Source: Patescibacteria group bacterium
Lineage (GTDB): Bacteria > Patescibacteriota > Minisyncoccia > UBA6257 > 1-14-0-10-40-38
Direction: 5' to 3'
Assembly: GCA_038064975.1 (NCBI GenBank)
Contig: JBBTRX010000002.1
Coordinates: forward strand, 64,880 to 128,879
DNA: 64,000 nucleotides
A model generated the notes under the pieces. The model saw nothing but the letters and a program-made list of their open reading frames with translations, was not told the origin of the DNA and searched no databases. Below, in pieces: positions 55,694 through 64,000 of the stretch; the stretch's first letter is position 1; each line of letters begins with the position of its first letter. Both the position numbers and the translations under genes were made by a program.

Positions 55694-58234
55694 TTATCGA
55701 GCTCCAAGAACAATTTCCCCGTTTTTCATTTCCGCGAGAATAGTTCCTCCCCGTTCTAACGTTCCGCGAAGCATGATGTCTGCAAGCGGACTCCTTAACC
55801 GTTCTGAAATTGCTCTCTTGAGCGGACGCGCCCCAAGAGAAGGGCTGTAACCTAACCGCGCCATTTCTTGAAGCACCTCATCGGTGTAGTGAAAAGTAAT
55901 TTCGTGCTCATCGCGAAGCATGCGGGTGAGTTCTTCTAGTTGAAGCTTCGCGATCGCGAGAACATCCTCACGAGAAAGCGGACGGAACATAATGATGTCG
56001 GAGAACCGATTTAAAAGTTCAACACGGAATAGTGTGGAGAGACGAGTTTTAAGTTCCACAGCAATCTCTGTATATGACGCTTGGTTTTGAATTTTTTCCT
56101 GGATAAAATCTGAATGCGCGTTGGAAGTTGCGATCACAACCGTATCTTCAAAACTCGCCACTCTTCCTGCAGTATCAGTAAGACGCCCGTCATCCAGAAC
56201 TTGGAGAAAGATATTTAAAATATTCGGATGAGCTTTTTCAAATTCGTCTAACAAAATTAAGCTATACGGCTTTTCGCGCACAGCATCTACGAGAGTACCG
56301 GTCGTGACACCCTCTCCGGAACCTATAAATTTCGCCACGCTTTGGAGGGTTTGATATTCCGACATGTCAAAGCGGATCATCTGACGCTCGCTTCCGAACT
56401 GCATTTCCGCGAGTACTTTCGCGAGCTCGGTCTTCCCTACCCCCGTGGGACCGACAAAAAGAAAACTCGCAATTGGACCTCCCCGGCGCGTGAGCCCTGC
56501 CCGATACTCGCGCATAACGCGAGCAAGCGCGTGGACTGCCTCTGTCTGGCCAATAATTTTTAGTTTCATCTCTTCCTCCAAGTGAAGAAGTTTATCGGAT
56601 TCATGGCGCTCCGCCTCATGAATAGGAATATTTGATTTCCGTTCTGCAACAGCAACGACTGATTCTCCGCTTACTATTTTTTCTCCCCGCCCCACGGCAT
56701 ACGCAGCAGCTTCGCTTAAAAGCTCTTCCGCACTGCCAGGAAGCAAACGATTCCGGAAATAGCGCTTTGCAAGCTTCACCGCTTCCTGAATAGCGCGGTA
56801 TCCAACTTTCACGTGCTCGTTGGATTCAATAAGCGGAGCCCGCCATGCAAGGATAATCGCCGCTTCTTCCGGAGTGATTTCCTGGATTCTAATTGTTTCA
56901 AACGACTCGGCAAATTCTGAAACACGCTCAATGTTCACGCGAAACTCCTGCGGAGTCGTAGCCCCAATGACAGAAATAGATTCATCCGCAATAAGAGGGA
57001 GTATAAATTCCGCAACAGAAAGTGAATTTCCCGAGCGCGAGAGTAAATGAATGTCGGGAATATAAAAAACGATATTTCCTGAAGAACGGATCTCCCGCAT
57101 GATGACACGAAGACGTTCTTCCAGTTCGCCAGGACCCGCTCCGGCAAGAAGTCGTGCAAGCGAAAGGCGTACGAGCCGCTTATCCAAAAGCTCACTCGGC
57201 ACACGATCTTCTGTCATGAGGAGCGCTAAATGGTGAGCGATAGCGCTTTTGCCGGAACCAACTTCGCCCACAAGAAGAGCATTCCGCCTTCCCTCTTTCG
57301 TAAGTACATCAATTAATTCTCCCGCTTCCTTATGATGCCCCACGAGAAGCCCGACCGCTCCTGCTCGCGCCCGATCTGTCATATCATCGCTTACGCTATC
57401 CAATATTGGCGTAGGACGCGCCGTCCACGCGCGATTCATTACTTTATGAGAAACTCTCCTCGGCTCGCCTAAGAGCCGGCGGATATGGAAACGATGAGCC
57501 TCGCGTGAGCGCCGTGCCAAAAGCAAACTGTTTTCCAAATCATCACCGTGAATAGTGAAACTGCTTAAAAGTTTTTGTACTCGATTATCCTCGGAAACGG
57601 AAAGGGACGCAAAAATATCTTCGGGCTCCACATAGAGCCGCCGATACGCTATGGCATGCCGCGTCGCCGCAATCATAATGAGTGCAATTTCACGTTCAGC
57701 AGGGACCCACCCCCGCTCAGGAGCTTGCTCAATAAACGTATTTGTTTTTGCAATGAAAGCGGCGAGGTCAATTCCCATACGAAGCAACCCCTGCATAACA
57801 CGTTTGTTTTCAGCAAGTCGTGCCGCGAGAAGGAGTATAAATGATCCAGGGGGAGCCATAGTAGATTGCTCAAGTGCAATTTCCAAAGAACGTAGAGCAT
57901 ACGGTGTGGAATAATCATGAGCATTCATTGACCCCCTCGCGTGAGATCCATGATGCCAAAACTGCCGAAGCGATACATCCCCTTTGCCGATATGGAATAC
58001 GCTATCTAGAATAAATAACACGATGAGCATGCCGAGCGATCGAAGCCACGGTATGTCGGAGAAAGAAAAAATGAGAGCTGCAGATCCGGCAATGCCATAC
58101 GCCGCGTGCCCTAATACGCGAATAAAAAAACGCTCCCCATGCGACATGCGGATTCTCCGCGACTGAAATGATATAGAAAGTGGTTGTTCCATTAGATTCC
58201 AGAAAGGATAATAACAATCGGAATGCCTGCCCAC
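55694..58234 (-). CDS. Clp/Hsp100 AAA+ ATPase (ClpA/ClpC-like) with unusual N-terminal hydrophobic extension
   Basis: A Clp_N repeat. NBD1 Walker A is the atypical GEVGSGKS, and NBD2 Walker A is GPTGVGKT. There is a sensor-2 region. The real start may be internal. Confidence 0.8.
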   Translation of the reverse strand: MGRHSDCYYPFWNLMEQPLSISFQSRRIRMSHGERFFIRVLGHAAYGIAGSAALIFSFSDIPWLRSLGMLIVLFILDSVFHIGKGDVSLRQFWHHGSHARGSMNAHDYSTPYALRSLEIALEQSTMAPPGSFILLLAARLAENKRVMQGLLRMGIDLAAFIAKTNTFIEQAPERGWVPAEREIALIMIAATRHAIAYRRLYVEPEDIFASLSVSEDNRVQKLLSSFTIHGDDLENSLLLARRSREAHRFHIRRLLGEPRRVSHKVMNRAWTARPTPILDSVSDDMTDRARAGAVGLLVGHHKEAGELIDVLTKEGRRNALLVGEVGSGKSAIAHHLALLMTEDRVPSELLDKRLVRLSLARLLAGAGPGELEERLRVIMREIRSSGNIVFYIPDIHLLSRSGNSLSVAEFILPLIADESISVIGATTPQEFRVNIERVSEFAESFETIRIQEITPEEAAIILAWRAPLIESNEHVKVGYRAIQEAVKLAKRYFRNRLLPGSAEELLSEAAAYAVGRGEKIVSGESVVAVAERKSNIPIHEAERHESDKLLHLEEEMKLKIIGQTEAVHALARVMREYRAGLTRRGGPIASFLFVGPTGVGKTELAKVLAEMQFGSERQMIRFDMSEYQTLQSVAKFIGSGEGVTTGTLVDAVREKPYSLILLDEFEKAHPNILNIFLQVLDDGRLTDTAGRVASFEDTVVIATSNAHSDFIQEKIQNQASYTEIAVELKTRLSTLFRVELLNRFSDIIMFRPLSREDVLAIAKLQLEELTRMLRDEHEITFHYTDEVLQEMARLGYSPSLGARPLKRAISERLRSPLADIMLRGTLERGGTILAEMKNGEIVLGAR

Positions 58235-58604
58235 GCGACATATATCATGGCAACGGTAAGTGCTATTCCCGCATAGAGAAGTCCTGCCAAAGCAACGCGG
58301 AAACTTCTAAATACAATGCCCAGTGTGTGGCCGATGGGCGTATGGTCCTGATACAAAGGCTGGAAAAAATTTCGCAACGTTACGCGAAGCGCCAACTTTT
58401 TATCAAGCAAAGTAAGCACCTCAGTTGTATATGTAAGAAGCGCAAAAAAAGAATCGTAATACCAATGCCGCACAAAAGCTTTGATGCGACTTATAACTTG
58501 TTCCCCGATATAGAGAGCGGACTCGTATCCCATATCTCCATTATAGAGTCGTTTTTTAAAGAATGCGAAAAAAATCCCGCACACGACCTGTGATGTGCGG
58601 GTTT

Positions 58605-59252
58605 TCAGTGCACGTGATGGGTATGCCCGTGACTGTCGGAAGACGAATATTTGAGAAGATGTATCGCTCCCCATACCATCCAAAACGCAATAGCAATGGA
58701 AACGACGGGGTCAAAGAGCGTGATACCCGTAATCCAAATCACGGGAGCAGTCACAATAACCACAATGCTCTGCAGAAAATCAAAACGAATATGTTGTCGC
58801 ATGCCTTCGCGAGTTGCATGGGCACTGCTTTGCATAAGAATGCGATGTTGAATCATATTTCCACACGCTCCCACCACGGCAACAGACAACATTATGAAGG
58901 GAGCAACGTGAGGCGTGCCGTGCATTCTATGCACTGCCTCCAGAAAAACAACCACTGCAATAACGAAGAGAAGTGCGCTATGTGCATACACGCCCAGTTT
59001 TCTCATGAATCCTTCCCAATGGGAATGTAGATACACGAGATACGCGATAACAATCGCAACGATGATCGCGATGAAGTCACCAAAAACGTGACCCGCATCC
59101 GATAAAAGAGCCAAGCTTCCCGAAGCAATGCCACCCGCGATTTGAAAGACGAGAATAGCAAGCGTTACCGAGAAGATAATCCAATATCGTTTGAAATCGC
59201 AGAGACAATTCCCTATCTCTATCCTACAAGTTCTGAAATGCCCGCTTCGCAC
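58605..59252 (-). CDS. cation diffusion facilitator family transporter (TM domain only, His-rich tail)
   Basis: CDF TM signature (SLALLSDAGHVFGD, HxxxD) and a C-terminal SHGHTHHVH. There is no cytoplasmic C-terminal domain. Confidence 0.7.
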   Translation of the reverse strand: MRSGHFRTCRIEIGNCLCDFKRYWIIFSVTLAILVFQIAGGIASGSLALLSDAGHVFGDFIAIIVAIVIAYLVYLHSHWEGFMRKLGVYAHSALLFVIAVVVFLEAVHRMHGTPHVAPFIMLSVAVVGACGNMIQHRILMQSSAHATREGMRQHIRFDFLQSIVVIVTAPVIWITGITLFDPVVSIAIAFWMVWGAIHLLKYSSSDSHGHTHHVH

Positions 59253-59416
59253 GGAGCACCCCCTTTCTTTTTGTTTAGAAGACTGTGAAAGAGCATATCT
59301 GAAACCAGAGTCACCCTATGCCAAAATGACTACGACGTCAATCATCGAGGCGATAGAAATTTTTGATATGAAAAATCCACGGCAGAAAAATGAGGATATT
59401 TTTTTATTTTACGGAG

Positions 59417-59552
59417 TGCTCCCGGCAGGAGATCTCACGCGTCGCTTTGCTCATGCTTAAAAACCGTCGGTTTTTAACATTCCGCCTTTCGGCGGATTTT
59501 CCTACACGGGAGGAGTACCTCTCCTCCCGACCCCTCCTCTCAGTTCGATTTC
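59417..59552 (-). repeat. tRNA-3'-end-associated structured repeat, copy F (subtype 1), distal tandem copy at tRNA-Arg(CCG)
   Basis: It starts gtgctcccggcagga, a tRNA-Arg 3'-end mimic. The subtype-1 core is present, with a variable hairpin CCGCCtttcGGCGG. Confidence 0.8.
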
Positions 59553-59603
59553 TAACGGGAGAAAGTATAAAAATAAATAACCCCGATGGGGTCATTTATT
59601 TTT

Positions 59604-59726
59604 GTGCTCCCGGCAGGAGGTCTCACGTCGTCCGGCTCTGCCGGACTCTTTGAAACCCAGCGGTTTCAACAGCTTCCGCCTCGGGGAAACTTCCGTTTCC
59701 CCGACCCCTTTCCCGTTCGACTCCTG
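59604..59726 (-). repeat. tRNA-3'-end-associated structured repeat, copy G (subtype 2), proximal copy at tRNA-Arg(CCG)
   Basis: It starts gtgctcccggcagga. The core is about 90% identical to A and C. It folds into a closing stem GCAGGAG/CTCCTGC with three internal hairpins. Confidence 0.8.
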
Positions 59727-59737
59727 CTACAGGAAAA

Positions 59738-59775
59738 CAAAAAGACAAAAACTGCCTCGCATTCGCGAGGCGCTT
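59738..59775 (-). terminator. terminator after tRNA-Arg(CCG)
   Basis: GCCTCGCattcGCGAGGC is flanked by an A-run and a T-run, forming an extended AT-rich inverted repeat. Confidence 0.55.
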
Positions 59776-59782
59776 TTTGTCT

Positions 59783-59857
59783 TGGTGCTCCCGGCAGGAA
59801 TCGAACCTGCACCACCTCCTTCGGAGGGAGGCGTTGTATCCATTCAACTACGAGAGC
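59783..59857 (-). tRNA. tRNA-Arg (anticodon CCG), CCA encoded
   Basis: Acceptor GCTCTCG/CGGGAGC, anticodon stem CCTCC/GGAGG, loop CTCCGAA and T-loop TTCGATT. Its 5' end overlaps the last 14 nt of the upstream ORF. Confidence 0.85.
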
Positions 59858-61199
59858 GAAGATGAGCAAAAGCGATTCCTATAACTAGCCACAGCATAAG
59901 CTGTCCCTGCCATAAGTCCCATAAGAAATGATCAAAAAAACCAAACACGATAAAGCTGATCAATAACACGCTCACCCAGATATTTTGGAGCGTAACTGCA
60001 CGATACATGACTGCAAAAGTAAGCGCAACAAGAAAGAGTAATAATGATATTCCCCCTAAGACGCCGATCTCAACTGCCGCAAGAAGATAAATATTGTGTA
60101 CCGGCTGCCACTTCCACGATTCACGAACACCGTAATCACCATACAGGCCGCTTCGTACACCAGAAAATATCTGATTTCCTAATCCCACTCCCATAGGATT
60201 TACCTTAATCATCTCACGCGCAATCTGCATATAGCTCACTCGTTCAGAAACCGAGCGCTCCACGGGAGAAACTCCCACGCGTGGAATAATCCAAAAAGAA
60301 AAAATAGAAAAGAGTATCCATGCTGTAACACCAAGCACCACAAAAAATTTCATCGCCTGCTTTCGTAAGACACTATAAAAAAGAGCCGCGAACGGAACGA
60401 TAAGTAAGATCGCGCTAGTTACCCATGCCGAGCGCGAAAAGGTAAGAACAAGCCCCAGCGATAAAACAAAAAACGCGATGGAAAGAATAATAGTCGTGAG
60501 AAACACGGGTCGGTAGCGGCGGAACGCATCTTTCCAATTCCTACGCGTAACATTCAACTTTGGAATACTCACAGAAAACCATAAGTAAATGAGCGCCGCA
60601 AAACTTAAGACCAGAAAAGCGCCGAGAATATTGGGATGCGGGAACGTGCCATACCCACGGAGAACATGTAAACCATCTACAATAATTCTACTTGAGGCAG
60701 GGTCCGTAACTGATATTGGCGATTCGCCAAAGAATGAAAGCCCAAGGGCATGTTGTATTTTGAATTGGAGAAACGCAATCACAGACTCAACGACTCCAAG
60801 TACAACTAAAACCGTAGCTGCAATAGTAAGATGTTGTTTACCGCGAAGAACGGTCCCAACCGCGTATGCAAAGAGAATAAGGAAAATAAGCCGGAGAAAG
60901 CGATACATAGCGAGTGCCGAAATTGGAGCGCTCATAAGTGAGAGCAAAGAACTCCCTACGACAATCGCGAGGAGAACAATAAGTATTCGAGAAATAGAAA
61001 CACCATCTTTTCTATTTATAAATAGAACACTCGCTACAAGCGCAATAACTATAAAATCACTCGCGTATAAAAAAGCGGCTTCGTATTCATGAAAGCCGGT
61101 TGTGAAAAGCCCGAGCAAGATTCGCGTACCGAGAGGGATGCCAAAAATCGCCGCAATAATAATTGGAAATCGCACATGCTCCGCAAACCGCGCCATCAT
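59844..61199 (-). CDS. O-antigen ligase/polymerase family membrane protein (Wzy_C-like)
   Basis: Multi-TM protein, with TFSRSAW and a periplasmic loop characteristic of the O-antigen ligase family. Confidence 0.55.
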   Translation of the reverse strand: MMARFAEHVRFPIIIAAIFGIPLGTRILLGLFTTGFHEYEAAFLYASDFIVIALVASVLFINRKDGVSISRILIVLLAIVVGSSLLSLMSAPISALAMYRFLRLIFLILFAYAVGTVLRGKQHLTIAATVLVVLGVVESVIAFLQFKIQHALGLSFFGESPISVTDPASSRIIVDGLHVLRGYGTFPHPNILGAFLVLSFAALIYLWFSVSIPKLNVTRRNWKDAFRRYRPVFLTTIILSIAFFVLSLGLVLTFSRSAWVTSAILLIVPFAALFYSVLRKQAMKFFVVLGVTAWILFSIFSFWIIPRVGVSPVERSVSERVSYMQIAREMIKVNPMGVGLGNQIFSGVRSGLYGDYGVRESWKWQPVHNIYLLAAVEIGVLGGISLLLFLVALTFAVMYRAVTLQNIWVSVLLISFIVFGFFDHFLWDLWQGQLMLWLVIGIAFAHLRSRS

Positions 61200-62356
61200 A
61201 AGAATTGAATAAGCTGGCCTACGAGCGCTGCGGAGAAAATAAACGCCGCGAATCCAATAGCAAGATTGCTAATATGTTTAGCAAAAATCGGTTCATTACC
61301 CAAGACAGCGTTCGCTCTTTTCCACATAAGGATCACGAGGAGTCCTTCAATGCTTAAAAATATTCCTCCGGAAACCGCAACAAGTCGGACAAATGAAGTG
61401 AGTCCAAAAAGGTAAAAGAGAAGTGGGGCTAAAATAACGAGAAGAAATCTCCCCTCTCGCCGGATATGAAGGTCATAGTGCAAACTGGAAATGATATCTA
61501 TACCCACCGTAATATAGGAACTCCATATACTAAGAAGTCCCAAGATACCTAGAGCAATAAGCACTGCGGGATGGACACTGCCCACAAGACTGCTTACCGC
61601 GTCCTCCGCAACCGTACCCGAAAGAGCGATGATTGCCAAAATGAAAATGGAGTACAAAGTAATCGGCACGATAACGCCATAGGCTAGTATCTTTTTCATC
61701 CATACGCGCCCATTCCCCTGCTTCAATGCTTTAAAATAACCGAGAATTTCAGGAATAGCGGCACGTCCCGAGAGGGAAAATAATATCGCTCCTAAGGGAA
61801 CTAAAATGCCCACCGAAAGCGGATGCGAGAGCGTGAGCTTATCTACCGAAAGTTCTGGCAAACCAATCGCTCCCAGGAAAAGAATAATAGCCGCGATTGC
61901 TACCATGACAAGAAATTCCGAGAGTGCGATACTTTTCACTCGGAAGAAGACGGCCATGGAACCGATCGCCCAAAAGATCATAGCTTTCGCGAGCGGCGGG
62001 CCTGCCGGAAAAATAAGATCAATAAAACTCACAGAGAGCACGAGATAGATCGTAAGCGAAAAAACCATTCCCAAGATACTCGTTGCAACCGCAATATAAG
62101 AGGCGTTCTGCCCGAGATACATCCGCGCGTATCCGATAAACCGATGCTCGCCCTTAGTGCGAACTACGATATCGGCGTAGAGAAAATAAAAAATCGTATA
62201 CGCGAGCCCGGCGAGCGCAAGAAGAAGAAAACCAAGCCCTATGCCAATACTGCTAAAAAAATACGGTAGAGAGAAAAACCCAGCGCCAATAATGGTCGCG
62301 GCCAAGATACCGAGAGGAAGAAGAAAATGAGTATAAAAGATCTTATGCCGATGCAT
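61196..62356 (-). CDS. polysaccharide flippase-like multi-TM protein (MOP/Wzx-like)
   Basis: About 12 TM helices. It overlaps the downstream membrane-protein gene by 4 nt. Confidence 0.45.
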   Translation of the reverse strand: MHRHKIFYTHFLLPLGILAATIIGAGFFSLPYFFSSIGIGLGFLLLALAGLAYTIFYFLYADIVVRTKGEHRFIGYARMYLGQNASYIAVATSILGMVFSLTIYLVLSVSFIDLIFPAGPPLAKAMIFWAIGSMAVFFRVKSIALSEFLVMVAIAAIILFLGAIGLPELSVDKLTLSHPLSVGILVPLGAILFSLSGRAAIPEILGYFKALKQGNGRVWMKKILAYGVIVPITLYSIFILAIIALSGTVAEDAVSSLVGSVHPAVLIALGILGLLSIWSSYITVGIDIISSLHYDLHIRREGRFLLVILAPLLFYLFGLTSFVRLVAVSGGIFLSIEGLLVILMWKRANAVLGNEPIFAKHISNLAIGFAAFIFSAALVGQLIQFL

Positions 62357-62361
62357 ACTGA

Positions 62362-63315
62362 TTACGCTCCACGCTTTTTAGTGTAATGATCAACTCTCTC
62401 TTTTTCCACGACGGCATGGAAGTTTTGCGCGAGCGCTCCGAGATCGGCATGGTTTCTCCCGTAATTTTCTTTTTTCACTCTCTCCATAACTACATGAAGT
62501 TTTTTAACTAACGTTTCCGGATCGCTGTCGTAGACGATATGCCCGGGTCCCCGATGGGAATCTTTCACGATACCCTCAAGCTTATCTGCTATCCCCCCGG
62601 TTCCGGTTAAGACGCCAATAGGGGTTTTATTTTCAAACGCAATCGTAAATTCATTTAATGTCCCTATTCTTCCGCAAAGAATAATAACAGCATCAGCGGC
62701 GCGCGTGAGCAATAAGTTTCTTCCCGTATAATCAAAGCCCGTATAAATAATGATGTCGTGATAATCAACGGGGAGGCGATACGATTTAATATGAGCCATC
62801 TCAGATGCCGCAGGAGAAATGCCGATAACAAGCCCCCCTTCCTTTTTCGCGCCCTTCGCTACCCAATACGGCATGCCGGTTGTCGCTCCCGTTACCGTTA
62901 CGATTCCCATGCGCGCCATAATCTGTCCCAACTGTTCCGCTTTTTGTACCGCATCTATCGCGCAATGTCCGGTTTCTGCTGCACCTGAAATTGCGATCTT
63001 ACATTTCAAGTGATTCAAGTTTGTGAGAACGTCTTCGTGATGATTTGTGCGTGCCATAGATTTATAATACCACTTCATCGCCGCGGGATGGAACACTTGC
63101 ATGGACAGCAAACTTGTCCACGATACGAACGCGGAGTGCTTCCGCCGCTTCTTCCTCTCCTTGGACGATAAAAACTTTTTTAAGCGAACCGCGAACAGGA
63201 TATATCCAGTGCAAAAGTTGGTTTTGGTCCGCGTGAGCAGAATATCCTCCGATCGCTTTAATGTGTGCGCGAACGGGAACCGTCTCTCCATGAATAGTAA
63301 TCGTTGGCACTCCAT
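62362..63315 (-). CDS. LOG/SLOG family Rossmann-fold protein (probable N-terminal ORF over-extension)
   Basis: GATTGMPYW and the PGGxGTxxE-like motif CGRIGTLNEF. Confidence 0.55.
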   Translation of the reverse strand: MECQRLLFMERRFPFAHTLKRSEDILLTRTKTNFCTGYILFAVRLKKFLSSKERKKRRKHSAFVSWTSLLSMQVFHPAAMKWYYKSMARTNHHEDVLTNLNHLKCKIAISGAAETGHCAIDAVQKAEQLGQIMARMGIVTVTGATTGMPYWVAKGAKKEGGLVIGISPAASEMAHIKSYRLPVDYHDIIIYTGFDYTGRNLLLTRAADAVIILCGRIGTLNEFTIAFENKTPIGVLTGTGGIADKLEGIVKDSHRGPGHIVYDSDPETLVKKLHVVMERVKKENYGRNHADLGALAQNFHAVVEKERVDHYTKKRGA

Positions 63316-64000
63316 CTAAAATTTGCCGCCCCAACGAATTACGCGCCTGATAACCAACGATAAGGAGCGTGCTGTTCGGATCCGGAAGATAACGTTTTGC
63401 GTGATGCAAAATCCGCCCGCCATGCATCATACCTGATCCTGCAACGATAACTTTCGCTCCCCGCACTTCATTAATAGATCGTGATTCCGCCGTCGTAATC
63501 GTCTGCCGCAAACTAGAAAAAGAAAAGTCGTGTTCTCCGCGATGCTGTTTTCCCTTAGGATGGTCAAAATAATTGTCGTACTTTTTATATACCGCTGTAA
63601 GTTTGATCGCGAGCGGACTATCCAGGAAAACGGGAATGTGTGGAATTCTGCCGCGCGTTACTAAATCGTCAATTTCAAAAAGAATTTCCTGCGTCCGTTC
63701 CATCGCGAATGCGGGTATCATGAGTGTGCCTCCCCGCTTGATCGTCTCTTCTATTACATCTTCTAAAATTTCTTTGCGCCTTGGCAAATCTTCGTGGATC
63801 CGATCACCATATGCCGATTCAATCACGCAGTAATCTGCTTTTGGCATCAGCTCAGGGCTTCCCAAGAGCGGCATAGGAGCGTTCCCCATATCTCCGGAGA
63901 ATATTATTTTTTTACCTTCCGCCTCCACGAGAAGAAAGCTGGATCCAAGAACGTGCGCGGAATTCATTGCCGTAACCGTAAAAGGTCCGACGTGAACGGA
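63062..64000 (-). CDS. metallo-beta-lactamase/beta-CASP family hydrolase, partial (continues beyond the window end)
   Basis: Beta-CASP-like motifs (GDMGNAPMP, IESAYGDR, HAHADQ). The reading frame stays open to coordinate 64000, so the N-terminus lies outside the window. Confidence 0.55.
   Translation of the reverse strand, partial: SVHVGPFTVTAMNSAHVLGSSFLLVEAEGKKIIFSGDMGNAPMPLLGSPELMPKADYCVIESAYGDRIHEDLPRRKEILEDVIEETIKRGGTLMIPAFAMERTQEILFEIDDLVTRGRIPHIPVFLDSPLAIKLTAVYKKYDNYFDHPKGKQHRGEHDFSFSSLRQTITTAESRSINEVRGAKVIVAGSGMMHGGRILHHAKRYLPDPNSTLLIVGYQARNSLGRQILDGVPTITIHGETVPVRAHIKAIGGYSAHADQNQLLHWIYPVRGSLKKVFIVQGEEEAAEALRVRIVDKFAVHASVPSRGDEVVL

Noticed and set aside
58192-58683. 163-aa minus-strand ORF between the CDF transporter and the Clp ATPase
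   Set aside because: It overlaps the CDF gene's 3' end and the Clp ORF's 5' extension. It is weakly membrane-like with no motif. A shortened version (58192..58533) might be real, but the support is too thin to call.
1-64000. CRISPR arrays, cas operons, rRNA genes, prophage structural genes and integrases
   Set aside because: I see no regularly spaced direct repeats, no cas signatures beyond an isolated Cas4-like nuclease, no rRNA-like conserved stretches, and no integrase or capsid motifs.

Overview
This is an AT-rich bacterial chromosome segment with standard genetic code, because long ORFs run intact through TGA. Its housekeeping content includes MetRS, ValRS, IleRS, ArgRS, the CCA-adding enzyme, TsaD, IF-2 with RbfA, the IF-3/L35/L20 operon, RNase Y, RNase J, GpmI, SecG, HU, and SmpB next to tmRNA. 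It also carries two ECF sigma factors, a Zn/Mn-type ABC transporter, a sortase with its substrate, a PolX polymerase and a Clp ATPase. I count 12 tRNA genes plus a tmRNA: Ala-CGC, Pro-CGG, Glu-TTC, Arg-TCG, Leu-TAA, Cys-GCA, Ser-GCT, Gly-GCC, Arg-GCG, Leu-CAG and Arg-CCG. There is no CRISPR array. The small proteome, the aaRS genes with odd insertions and the sparse metabolism suggest a reduced-genome lineage (CPR/Patescibacteria-like). That is inference only. The most striking feature is a family of about 120-160 nt structured repeat elements, with seven clear copies in two subtypes. Each lies just downstream of a tRNA or tmRNA gene. Each is bounded by inverted and direct copies of the cognate gene's T-arm and 3' acceptor end. 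The cores show hairpin covariation and variable hairpin inserts, and I do not recognise them as any described family. Three other tRNAs (Ala, Ser, Cys) instead have partial copies of their own 5' ends upstream. Between tRNA-Gly (two element copies) and tRNA-Arg(GCG) lies a retron-type reverse transcriptase. Its motifs 1-7 are intact, it has YIDD, and it has a downstream VTG. Upstream of it is a promoter-driven GC-rich structured non-coding region with a 13-bp terminal inverted repeat resembling retron a1/a2. ValRS and IleRS each carry a catalytically intact histidine-phosphatase (PGAM-like, RHGE) domain, inserted at the equivalent position just before the DxWF(S/D)SG motif. Downstream of tmRNA is a slightly GC-richer island of small genes, each with its own promoter and terminator, including a phosphoribosyltransferase fused to a zinc ribbon. 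Apart from the RT locus the rest of the window looks like core genome.
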